Shown here: positions 1 through 11,489 of the stretch, piece after piece
How the letters are laid out: each line of letters opens with the position of its first letter
How positions within the stretch are numbered: position 1 is the first letter of the stretch
From: Heterodontus francisci
Taxonomy: Eukaryota
Assembly: GCF_036365525.1 (NCBI RefSeq)
Contig: NC_090385.1
Coordinates: 25,338,119 to 25,402,118 of the forward strand
DNA length: 64,000 bases
Reading direction: 5' to 3'
Program-made: the position numbers and the translations under genes
Notes under the pieces: generated by a model
The model's input: only the letters and a program-made list of their open reading frames with translations
The model's database searches: none
Told to the model about the DNA's origin: nothing

Positions 1-333
1 CATCCGATGGTCATGAAAATGCTATGTAAATGCAAGCCTTCCTTTTCCTTTAAAATCAATTCCAACTAATTTGACGGCATATACAATGAAACTGAATGTT
101 ACAAAAAACTTTGGTGCACATGCTGCGCTTCACACGCTTACATGACTTGCAAACACAGGCTTTTAGGCTAGCCTTCCTCACAAATAAAAGCACTGCATTC
201 ATGTACAAATCAAATCCACTTTTGACAGCACTGAACAGTTTCAGGAATAAAACCCTATTTCTTATTCAATTCTGCCCCCCCCCCCCCCCACCTTTTTTAC
301 ACTAATGCACAAATTACCATCTCATCTATGCAA

Positions 334-478
334 TCTGCTTTTAAGGATCACTGCTATCAAGAAAAAATTGTTTAACTACTTGCATTTATATAGCACCTTT
401 AACATATTAGAGGTGCTATATAAATGTAAGTAGTTGTTAAATAATTTTTTCTTGATATCAGTGATCCTTAAAAGCAGA
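334..478. repeat. Inverted duplication/hairpin (~65-bp arms) in ABCB7 intron 3
   Basis: TCTGCTTTTAAGGATCACTG...GCATTTATATAGCACCT pairs with AGGTGCTATATAAATG...CAGTGATCCTTAAAAGCAGA, with few mismatches and a ~12-nt loop. Confidence 0.9.
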
Positions 479-670
479 GTTAACATAGTTAAACATAGTC
501 AAAGGTGCTTCACAGAAGCACTGAACAATAGCCAACAGGTTTATAAAGATGTAAATTAAACACCAAACGTCCCTTCATGAAGACAATGCCTCTTTCAGGT
601 AAGACTTAGGCATTAGATTTGAAAATATAATTGCATTCAGAGTATACGCTCAACCACAGACAATACTTGC

Positions 671-754
671 ATTTTTGGGGTCAGTATGAAGGCCTCCACC
701 AGCATGCCCATGCCAGCCTGTCCTTTTATCGATCAAGTGCCACCATTTGGGTCC
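671..754 (-). CDS. ABCB7: ABCB7 coding exon 3 (3' boundary uncertain: GC donor after 671 or GT after 667)
   Basis: TTTTGTTTCAG acceptor, then [28 protein letters not shown], matching the ABCB7 motif W[22 protein letters not shown]. Confidence 0.9.
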
Positions 755-2425
755 CTGAAACAAAATCAAAACAATTATACAAGCAAAAATTTTACAACAT
801 ATAAAGGCAAAAGTCACAAAATTAGATCAGAAATGTTTTTAGTGACTGACTTCTGTATTGAACTACTTTAAAATCATTGATGATGCCACACATTGGATAT
901 CAGACTTACAAAACAACTTGCATCTCATTTACATTCAAATCTGCAGCCAAACCATCTAAAGTGTGAGCATGCAAAAGCTCGATTTTCAAACATTGCACAC
1001 TGATGAGCAGCAGCGTTTCACCAATAGAGGGAAAAGAAACACGGCCACAAAAGCAGGAAAAATAAGGTCATCCATCACCACCCTAACTCCCACCTGCTGG
1101 CTCCCCTCCTTGAATGTGATTTCAATAGGAATTAAATTCTAATTGGCTCCTCCTCTTAATAAAACAAATCATAAAAAATGAAAATTAACTTGGGTGTGCT
1201 GCTCATGCATAATTTAACCAAAAAACCTTTCAATCCAGCTTTTTAAAAAAAAAATTACAATGAGTATAGATGTTTAACAGATGGCAAGTTCTGTTAGAAC
1301 CTATTAAAGGGAAGGTGAGTAAGTAGCAGGAGGGCAAGAGAGAGGCAGCACCCAGGTTTTCTCACTGCAATGAATGTGACTGTGGCGCCCTCCAGCATCA
1401 ACATTGGCAGCAGATATGTTTAGAATGGCTGCAACAAAATATTGTGAAGCTCGGAATCACTGCCTCCTCTCTAGTCTCCTTTGCTCATGAAGCATTTGCA
1501 GCCCAGAGGTGGGTGAGCAGCTTAATCTTTGCCAATGCTGCTCCAAACTGCCAGAACTGTATATCAATAACCTGGGGATAAGTTCCTCCTATAACTCTTT
1601 GCCTCCAAGCTAAGTGCAACCCATAGCAGGGGTGATGGAATGGTGGGGGGTTGGGGGCAGGGGCGCGGTCAAGAAAGAGAATGGATACATTTAACCCATG
1701 TTTCTGAGCAATATTGAACCATAACCTACTGCAACATATTGCACCAGCTCAGATGGTTTAAAAATAAAATCCTGGGAGTGTTTTTTTTTTTGGAGATGGA
1801 CAAAGACAAAAATCTAACTATTGTAAAATCACAAACAGAACACAATTTTAAGACACGCTGCACATGTTCGCCCATCAGGTAACATTTAAGCAGAAATATT
1901 CTAAACCTGCATATAGACACTTGATTAAAGACTATAGTAATTTGACAAATATAATTTCCCAGCAAGTCACTTGCACAATTACTTCTGAGCGAGTCGATAA
2001 GATTTAAGAAATAATAAACACCTCCAAGTCTTCCTTATATTTGTGGATTTCAACCTCAGAATTTAATTACCCAAATATCAATTGGGACAATGTTAGAGTA
2101 AAGGGCAAGGAGGGGGAACAACTAGTATGTTGTCGGTCCAACTAGGAAGGAGGCATTGCTGGATCTGGTTCTGGGTAATGAGGTGAGCCAAGTGGATCAA
2201 GTGTCTGTGGGAAACATTTGGATAAGAATGATCATTGTATTCTAAGTTTTAGATTAGTAACAGAGAAGAGCAAGGAACAATCTAAAGTAGAATTTCCAAA
2301 TTGGAAGAGGCCTAACTACAATGGAATGGGAGGGGATCTAGCCAATGTAAAAAGCAACCAAAGATTGACAGGGAAAACTGCAACGGAACAATGGGTGATC
2401 TTTAAGGAGATGTTTCAGGTACAGG

Positions 2426-3090
2426 CTCTTCTTGGGCAGTCCCTTAAGATTGAGGATGACTTGCTTCCACTTTGGTTCGATGGTTCCTGAAATGGCTGAT
2501 AAGTCCATGCGTGATCTGCAGACTCTGCCACGAGGGGCAGGTGGTGCTTGAAGGGTCAGATAAATGAGCATCTTAGATGTGTGCTCCCTTTGACACCGCG
2601 ACCGCTTCCACATATTCCTGACTAAGTTCCTTGAGATGTCGGCCGAAGGCCAAGCTGGCACATTGGAGGCGATGATGAACCTCGTCATCTATACAAACAC
2701 ACGAATTAGGAGTAGGCCACTCGGCCCCTCGAGCCTTCTCAGTCATTCAATAAAATCATGGCTGATCGGATTGTAATCTCGACTCCACATTCCCGCCTAC
2801 CCCGGATAAACTTTCATCCCCTATGTCTGCCTTCACTGACAGGAGGCTCCCAAGACATGGAAAATGGTCCATATTTTCCAGGATCTTGCCATTGATCTAG
2901 CTTGAGAGAGAGAGAGCTGTTTTGCTGTCAGAGCTGGTTGGAAGAGGACCTTCATTTTCTGAATGTTTAGTGAAAAACTAATGTTCTCATACGTTTCAGA
3001 GGAGGAGTCGACAATGATCTGGAGTTCAGTTTCAGAATGAGCGCACATGCGAGCATCATCTGTATTGTGAAGCTCGCGACTGAGGTGGAG
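2426..3090 (-). mobile_element. RTE-clade LINE fragments, plus a short antisense CR1 3' tail at ~2690-2830
   Basis: Minus-strand peptide ELHNTDD...AHSETELQIIVD...SLNIQKMKVLFQPA resembles RTE RT (ADD region). RTE-like 3' end at ~2426-2520. Confidence 0.55.
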
Positions 3091-3837
3091 TAATTTGGTT
3101 TTGGATTGAAGGCAGCTACAGGCTAGGAATGTTCCAAGGGTGAAAGGTAAGGGAACCAAAGCCATGGCTCCTTGGAGATAGAGAATATGATGAAATGATT
3201 AAAAAAAAGGGTGCTTAATGCATGTCAGGTGAATTCTTCAAGCAAGAACCAAGTCAAATACAATAAGTTGAGAGTGGAAGTGAAGAGGAAAGTAAGACTG
3301 GCAAAGGGGGAATGAGAATAGAATTGCAGTTAACATAAAAGGGAACCTAAAAATCTTTTACCAACATGCAAATAGTAACCAGGTAGTAAGAAGTTGGGTG
3401 GGGCCTATTAGGGACACAGAATGTGATATATGCACAGAGCAAGGCTAGAGCATTAAATGAGTACTTTGTATCGGTGTTTACTAAGAGGATGTTGACAAAA
3501 TATTGGTAGGAGTGGAGATGGTAGAGGTAACGGATGAGGTGAAAATTGATAGGAAGGATGTACTGGAAAGGCTGGTTATGCTTAGAGTGACTAAGTTGCC
3601 TGTTCCGTATGGCTTGCATCCCAGGTTGCTAAAGGAAGTGGCAGTGGAGATATCAGAAGTGTTTGCCATAATCTTCCAATCGTCGCTAGATACAGGAGAG
3701 GTGCGAGAAGATCTGCAAATGTGACACCCTTATGCAAGAAAGGGTGTAAGAACATTCCTAGTAACTACAGGCCAGTCAGTTTAAAATCTGTGGTGGTTAA
3801 GGTTTAAGAAACAATAATCAGGGGGAAAAAAAACAAT

Positions 3838-4187
3838 GGGCGGCACAGTGGCGCAGTGGTTAGCACCGCAGCCTCACAGCTCCAGCGACCCGGGTTCAAT
3901 TCTGGGTACTGCCTGTGTGGAGTTTGCAAGTTCTCCCTGTGTCTGCGTGGGTTTCCTCCGGGTGCTCCGGTTTCCTCCCACAAGCCAAAAGACTTGCAGG
4001 TTGGTAGGTAAATTGGCCATTATAAATTGTCCCTAGTATAGGTAGGTGGTAGGGAAATATAGGGACAGGTGGGGACGTGGTGGGAATATGGGATTAGTAT
4101 AGGATTAGTATAAATGGGTGGTTGATGGTCGGCACAGACTCGGTGGGCCGAAGGGCCTGTTTCAGTGCTGCATCTCTAAAAAAAAAA
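3838..4187 (+). mobile_element. HE1-type V-SINE (tRNA-derived)
   Basis: A/B-box head GGCACAGTGGCGCAGTGGTTAGCA...GGTTCAATTC, V-domain GTGTGGAGTTTGCA...CCGGTTTCCTCCCACA, and CR1-like tail. Confidence 0.9.
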
Positions 4188-7100
4188 TCAACAGGCACTT
4201 GGAGAGGTTTGACTTAATTGAGAGCCAGCACGGATTTGCAAAAAGCAGATCATGCTTGACTAATCTAATTGAATTTTTTTGATGAAGCAACAGAGACGGT
4301 TGATGAAGGGAATGCAATGGATGTTGTCTATATGGATTTAAAGAAAGCTTTTGACAAAGTATCACATAAAAGGCTGGTTAACAAAATTGAGACTCATGGA
4401 ATAGGAAGGTCAGTGTCAGCTTGGATAAAGAAATTGGTTTAAGGACAGAGAACAGCAAGTCGTGGTAATTGGTTGTTTTTCAGAGTGGAGGATAGTAGAC
4501 AGTGCTGCTTCCCAAGGTTCAATGCTAGGACTAGTATATATTACTTGGATGTTGGAATACAGAATAGACTAGCAGAATGGGCAGACAAGTGGCAGATGGA
4601 ACTTAATTCAAAGAAGTGTAGAAGGGATAGGGAGAGGCAAATAGACTAAATGGCATAGTTCTAAAGGAGTATACAGGGACAGAGGAGCTGCGGGTTCACG
4701 TGCTACAACTTTGACGGTGGCAGGACATGTTGATAAAGTCGTTCGCAAAGCACACATGCTTCATAAGCAAGATATTGCGTACAAAAGCAGGAAAGTTGTG
4801 CTGAACCCATATGAAGGTCCGGTTAGACAGCAACTAGACTACTGTGTCCAGTTCTGGTCATCACACTTTCGGAAGGATATGGGGGGTCTTGAGAGGGTGC
4901 AGAGAATGGTTCCAGGGATGAGGGATTTTAGCTACAAGGTTAGGTTGGAGAAGCTGGGGTTGTTCTACTTGGAGCAAAGGAGATTTGATACAGGTGTACA
5001 AGATTATGACAGATTTAGATAATGTAGACAAAGAAAAGCTATTCCCATTAGCTGATGGTAAAAGGGGACAAGGAGACACAGGTTTGAGGTTTTTGGGCAA
5101 GAGATGCAAAGCAATGTGAGGAAGAAATTTTTTTTTTTTTTAAACACAGCGAGTGATAATGACCTGGAACACTGCCTACGAGGGTGGTGGAAGCGGAGAC
5201 AATGAATGATTTCAAAAGGAAATTGGAAGGGCACTTGCGGGAAATAAATTTGCAGGACTACGTGGATAGAGCAGGGGAATGCAACTGACTGGATGCTCTT
5301 CAGAGACCCGGCATGGACCCATTGGGCCGAATGGTCTCCTATGCCGTAATGACTAAGACTCTACTATCCTCCAACCGCACAGTGAGACACATTATCCCTC
5401 ACCACATAATGGGAAATGTATAAGCTGCCCACTGAATGAATTCTAGTAATTTTAAAGATCTATTAGTCAAAACTGCAAATCGATTTCCTCTTTCCTGAAA
5501 ATGTTTCATGCGATATACTGCAACAATGATTGCTATAAATTATTTCTACCAAATATATCGGATTAAATATTGGTGGCTTCCATGTGGTGGATTGCATGAC
5601 ACACTGGCAGTTGGGCAAAATAATATAGGCTGTGTCATGCTCATGCAAGGAGAAATTACAAACTATAAAATGAACTGATGAATTGAACTCAAACAAACAC
5701 CTTTTGTTGCAAAACAAAATGGAGTAATACATCATGTGACCGCTCCTGTATTGCAAATACACATGGTAACGGCTGGAACCCTAAACCAATTGTCAGGTCT
5801 GGTCAAGTGTTGAAAAAAGCATTAGAAATATAAACGGCCCATTCAATGTTAATGGCTATCCTTTTTCAACAAGTTGGGTGAACAATGACTTTGCAGATAT
5901 GGAGACTCCAGACTCAAACACCAGATAATGGGTGTGAAAAACACCACTTTATCAAGACAGCATATAGATGAGCAACACTGTCTAACAATGGCCACACCAT
6001 CAAACACCATTTATGAAAACACAATAGGAGAGAAACTTGGGTCACCTGACAGAAACCAAGTCTCTGATAAGGTGTTTTTAATAAGAGACATTTTCTGTGC
6101 AGAAAGCCAGAAGCCAGAGGAAGAGAGACATATCCCAGCAAGAATAACCCTGCCAGAATACCATCTTTAAACTAGCTAGATGCAGAGATGAAAGGTGACC
6201 TTGAAACTCCCTACCTTAGCAATTGTAAGACGAGTTTTGCCATTGAACTGTGACTGAGATTTAACCAAAGAAGTCTGCGGCAAAGTATCCGTCCACCTGA
6301 AGCTTTCCAAAGTTTGATGTCAGTGAACCAGGAAAAAGAAACAAGTCTGCAACTGGTTTTAAAATCTTCCTCCCGGGAAACAAACAAGGTTTCACAACAA
6401 ACTCTTTGTTAACACCATCAAACCTAACTGCATGCTATCTTTTAATCTCTACCTTATCTTGTGTGTGTGTGTGACAGAAAAAGAGAGAATCACACAGAGA
6501 GATTGGGTGAAGTTGCAAATTTTTGGGTATGGTTTCATAAACATTTATCGTTCTTTAAGCCTGAGAAAACCTGTCATTTGTCTGTTGATTGACCATTAAA
6601 ATGCTCAACTGTTAAAACATAATTCTAATAAAAACACACCATCTTCAGTCAGTATAATTGCCCAGATATTTAAACTACCCACCCTCAACAAAAATAATGT
6701 TTTTTTTTTAATTTATAGATTTGAAATTCGCAATATTTTCTGCACATCACCCACCAGGCCTCTGCACTGAGCTCACTAAGTGCACAACAGAACAGCAACA
6801 CTGCATCAAGAATATCTAATAGTCTGTATTATGCAAGGTTCAACAGAATAATGACAAGATATGAAGTCTTTCCTTCATATTTTCTTCCCTTCTCTTGATG
6901 AGACTGAATCACATTTAGGTGCAATGTCTGCAAATGCTGGCAGTTACCCAAGCCATTCATCACATACATGCCTAAAAAGAGTTAACTACTGAAGCCAATT
7001 GTAGCACAAGCACCACTGTCTCACTTAAAACAAACCAACTCCATTGAGACTGAGGCCTTCCTGCTCTGTGCAGTTTAATACAATATTACATGGACCACTT

Positions 7101-7931
7101 ATCCATTGAGCTGTTAAGAAATATTGTAAAAGGTGTATTCATAGCAGTCATGCAAGACTGGGTCCTGAGGTTTATCCCCTCCATTAAGACCAATTTTGCT
7201 CATGAACTGCCCACAATACTGCCTTCCCAAATCTCAGCAACACAGAAGAGGTACTGATGGATAGCAGACCTTTGTGGAGAAGTAAAACCTGGATGAAGCA
7301 CTAAAATGATTTGGCAAAGGTTTAGAGGCGACATAAGGAAATTTTTTTCCACGCAAGTGGTTAGGATTTGGAATTCATTGCCTAATAGGGTGGTGAATAC
7401 AGATTCAATAGTAGCCTTCAAAAAGAAAATTGGATAACTACTTGCAGGAGACATAAAACTGAAGGATTATAGGAAGAGTGGGAGAAATGGGACTAACTGG
7501 ATTGCTCTTTGAAAGAGCAGGCGCAGACTCAATTGCTGTAGTATTCTAAGATTACCCTAGATTTCTCCCACATTCTTCCTTGTGGCCAATTTCAGTAAAA
7601 CTTGGTGGAGTTCTGCAAGCAAGTCATTCAAGTTACTGTCTTCATTGGACGGCATATGGAATAAGTAATGGGAAAAGGGAGTCTCACCATTCAAGTATAA
7701 AAATTTTGAACATTGCACCAGACAGCAATTCAATTATGAGCAAGAAAGTGCCAAAATCTGATAATAGGTAACTAAATGAGGTAAAGTTATTTCCAAAATA
7801 TACTTGAACTTCTCAATTCTCTAAAAGGCTACACGTCACTGCTGGTCAAACACATCTGTTTGAAATAATCACTCATGCAATATTCTTCCTAGGAGTAAGT
7901 TGAGATACAAGACAGAACATCAAAATCCAAC

Positions 7932-8012
7932 CTTTGCAGCTTCCAATATGTGCCTCCTAGCTTCTCCTCCCAAATTCTGCAAGGTCCCATATCTTAAACA
8001 TGTTGGAGAAGC
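7932..8012 (-). CDS. ABCB7: ABCB7 coding exon 2
   Basis: 81-nt exon after a pyrimidine tract and TAG acceptor, with AAG|GTTGGA donor. Encodes ASPTCLRYGTLQNLGGEARRHILEAAK, aligning to mammalian [27 protein letters not shown] as recalled. Confidence 0.8.
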
Positions 8013-10203
8013 CTAAAGAGCAACACAAAAAGAATCAACATTTTTCACATCCAGAAACAATTAAACCAAATCTTACTGCTGTCCTAAAAAGTTCCCAAAG
8101 ATAATTAGTACATAGAGGTTCAGTTTTGTATTTACTAGTCAGAAAATTAACCAGATAAATATCACTCAAATGAAGCCACGGTAGTAATACTTGTCACAAT
8201 AACCATTTGAAAAATCATTTGATCAAATGGAGATACTACTGCAGCATCTAGCAGGCTAATAAGGGTGAACAAACATTGTAGCACAGGTGAATAGCTGAGA
8301 TCTTAAGGAAATACACCACACTACAAAAGCTGCATTTTGCAATTTATAGTGCCTATATTTTTTTTACAACAATTGCATTTTCTGTCTTCTACAGTAAATG
8401 ATGGACTTAGCAATAGGCCAATTGATGTCTCAGGACAACTATAAAAAGCAGGCATTACATAACTTATAAACAGCATGGACTGAACGAATATATAGAGTAC
8501 AGAAAAAAGGTCAATAAAGAATGATGTGTTACAATGCAGAATAGAATAGAACATAGGTACAATAAAGAACACAGCTTTAAAACCGTCATAAGCTTTATCC
8601 ACTTAATTTCCTCTCTTTGATCGTGAGCAATGCTGCAGTACATCTGAGATTATGTAGATTATATAGTGTTCAGTCATTCAGATCACATGCTATTTTAAAA
8701 AGGATGTAATGCACAATGTATTGTACGGGGCCAGACTGGGTTGGCCCATCTAGTCCTAAAGTGTAAGGAAGCTAGCAGACTGAGGGAACACAGAAGGGAC
8801 AGCAGCTAGTCAAGTTGTTTGAGGTAGGCAGCAGGGTAAACTCCTGCTATGGCCTGCTTCTTCCACGCCCACTGGATAATCTTCATGGGCAGAATTTAGG
8901 TTTCAGAGCCACAGGCAGTAGCCTAGATTCTCAAAAGTAAAGCAGTTAAAACTGTTAGATTTTTCAATGGACTGGGAGACAGCAGACTACACTGCGAGCC
9001 TGAAGCAAGGACCTGGCATTGAAGAGCAAAGTTTGGCTCAAGCTATTAAGATTAATGCAGCAGGACTGGAAGTCTGTGGATCCAGCAATGGGAGGTTGTA
9101 AAACATAGAGGGAGCCAGCAGGCACACGCACCCTGTGGAAGCACACATGAAGTTGGTTCCCGCAGACATAAACCAGGAATAAGGCAGATGGCTGCATTTA
9201 AAATTTAATATGCAAATTTAAATTAATAACATTTTGAGGAATTACAAGGAGGACAGAACAGTACTATTTTGTCCCGGAATGACTGAAAGGCAAGTAATTT
9301 GGTAAGTATTAGGGAGGTTATAAGTATGTGTTATCCAGGCATCAGTTTATGAGTGAAAGAGATGTTGGAAGGTGAGAGGTGTGAGAAGTGCAGAAACCTG
9401 ATAAAAATGATGCCATAGGAAGTGCCCACATTGCAAGACCTGTGATATGTTAGCATTGATACTAGTCGATCTCCACTGGCATCACTCATGGCAAGTTGGA
9501 TGGTATGATGGTTTATAGGGAGAAATATTATACCATATAATACATAATCATAGAACAGTTACAGCACAGAAGCAGGCCATTCAGCCAGTCATGTCCATGC
9601 CAACTCTCTTCAAGAACTACTCAGCTAGTCCCATTCCCCCACCTTTTCCCCATAGCCCTACAAAATTTTTAAAAACTTGTTAATTAGTCAATTCCCCTTC
9701 GAAAACCACAAATGTATCTGTCGCCACCACACTCTCAGGCAGTGCATTCCAGATCCTAACCACTTGCTATGTAAAAGTTTCCCTCATGCCGCCTTTGGTT
9801 CTTTTGCCAATCACCTTAAAGCGATGTCCTCTGGGAATAGTTTCTCCCCATCTACTCTGACCAGATCCCTCATGATTTTGAATACCTCTATCAAATGTCC
9901 TCTCAACCTTCTCTTCAAAATAATGCATTATCCTGCTATGGCAAAGCTGCATCACTTAAGACTACAATGTCTGATTGATAAGTAAATACTAAGTTCAAAG
10001 GTTAATGGATATTCAGGCCTGAAGTGGAAACCCCAACTTTATGGAGTTCAATCAAGAGGCTTCAGACGCCAATTGCAATATTTCCTGGTTCTTGAGGAAT
10101 TTTTATCTACAATTTCCAACTGCCTTTAAGTGTGATACAGAAATCTGCATTAGACTTCAATGCTTATGGTATTGATCATTTTAGTGTATGGAGTTTATGT
10201 TTA

Positions 10204-10425
10204 GTCGAAGAGACTTAGTAGTTGGCAGGAAAAAAGACAGAGGCGCAAGGGGAGAGCCAACTGTGCAACAGCCCCGACAAACAAATTTCTCTGCAGCACC
10301 TGTGGAAGAGCCTGTCACTCTAAAATTGGCCTTTATAGCCACTCCAGGCGCTGCTTCACAAACCACTGACCACCTCCAGGCGCGTATCCATTGTCTCTCG
10401 AGATAAGGAGGCCCAAAAGAAAAAA
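10204..10425 (+). mobile_element. RTE-clade LINE 3' fragment
   Basis: Near-identical to the reverse complements at 23455-23802 and 47160-47490; C-terminal C-x2-CGR-x-C-x3-GL-x-SH motif. Confidence 0.8.
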
Positions 10426-10619
10426 AAGTGTATGGACATTTATATTTACAAGAGACTGTAAAAGTATTTGAGACATCTCCAACATTTACTGTAGGTAGTA
10501 TATTTTAATAGCATACTATAAGGAAATTATACTTACAAAATTATATTGTTTAAAAGTACAAAGACAGGGTTCATGTTTCTATTTATTTAGTAAAGTTCTG
10601 AATTCTTCCTTCATCCATT

Positions 10620-11055
10620 AATCAGTGGGTAAAACTCTCGCCTGAGTCAGTAGGTTGTGGATTCAAGTTCCACTCCAGGACTCGAGCACAAAAAGCAAAG
10701 CTGACACTCCAGTGCAGTACTGAGAAAGTGCTGCACTGTTGGAGGTGCCATCTTTCAATTGAGACGTTAAACCGAGGCTCCGTCTGGCCTCTCACATGGA
10801 TGTAAAAGATCCCATGGCACTATTTCAAAGTTATCCCTGGGGTTCTGGCCACTATTTATCCCTGAAACCAACATAGAAACAGATTAAACGGTCATCATCA
10901 CATTGCTGTCTGTGGGAGCTTGCTGTGTGCAAACTGGATGCTGCATTTCCTACATTACAACAGTGACTACACTTCAAAAGTACTTCATTGGCTGTAAATC
11001 GCTACGAAACGTCCAGTGGTCGTGAAGAGCGCTATATAAATGCACTTCTTTCTTT
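10620..11055 (+). mobile_element. DeuSINE (SacSINE1-like) SINE
   Basis: tRNA-like head, Deu-domain-like GGAGGTGCCATCTTTC...GATGTAAAAGATCCCATGGCACTATT, and L2-like tail GCGCTATATAAATGCA. Confidence 0.7.
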
Positions 11056-11489
11056 AAGAGAAAGAATTCGTAGTCAAGAACCTACACCGAAGCCAGGCAA
11101 TATAGAATCTATCTGAAATTTATTCATGTGGAATTTCCAGAACCTTCATTGAAACACAGCCCGAGTTTAAAGTTCAGACCTGGCGTGTCAAAGTTGGATT
11201 AGTAATTATTACAAAATTGGCTTACTAAAAATAAGAGTTTATCAGCTTGTAGAGTTCTGTACCAGAGTTTACCCTCTGCGCTTATATCGTAAATGTCACT
11301 GTGCACCAGCAGTGTGCCAAACAGCAACAGCCATAAGCCAATATCAAGGATTACAGGATCAGTTATTAGAGATCACATAGTGGAATGACAAACTATCATT
11401 TGAACTTTTAAAATAGCGGGGGAGAACAAATCTGCCAATACCAGAAACTTAAGCTTCATAATCTACTGATGAGAATTCAGTGATGGCAG

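Larger units (their letters stand above)
2090..5365 (+). mobile_element. Degenerate CR1 LINE (ORF2 relics and 3' tail) interrupted by RTE fragments and an HE1 SINE
   Basis: CR1-type peptides (LHPRLLKEVA...IFQSSLDTGEV; LDYCVQFWSSHF; LEKLGLF) with frameshifts and stops, and a CR1-like 3' tail near 5300-5360. Confidence 0.85.

Noticed and set aside
3838-3910. tRNA genes at SINE heads, and recurrent ORF 'GGTVAQWLAPQPHSSSDPGSILGT...'
   Set aside because: tRNA-derived HE1 SINE heads continuing into the V-domain; neither functional tRNAs nor proteins.
5760-6650. Possible solo LTR around the (TG)n tract
   Set aside because: Composition is suggestive, but I could not find TG...CA termini or a TSD.
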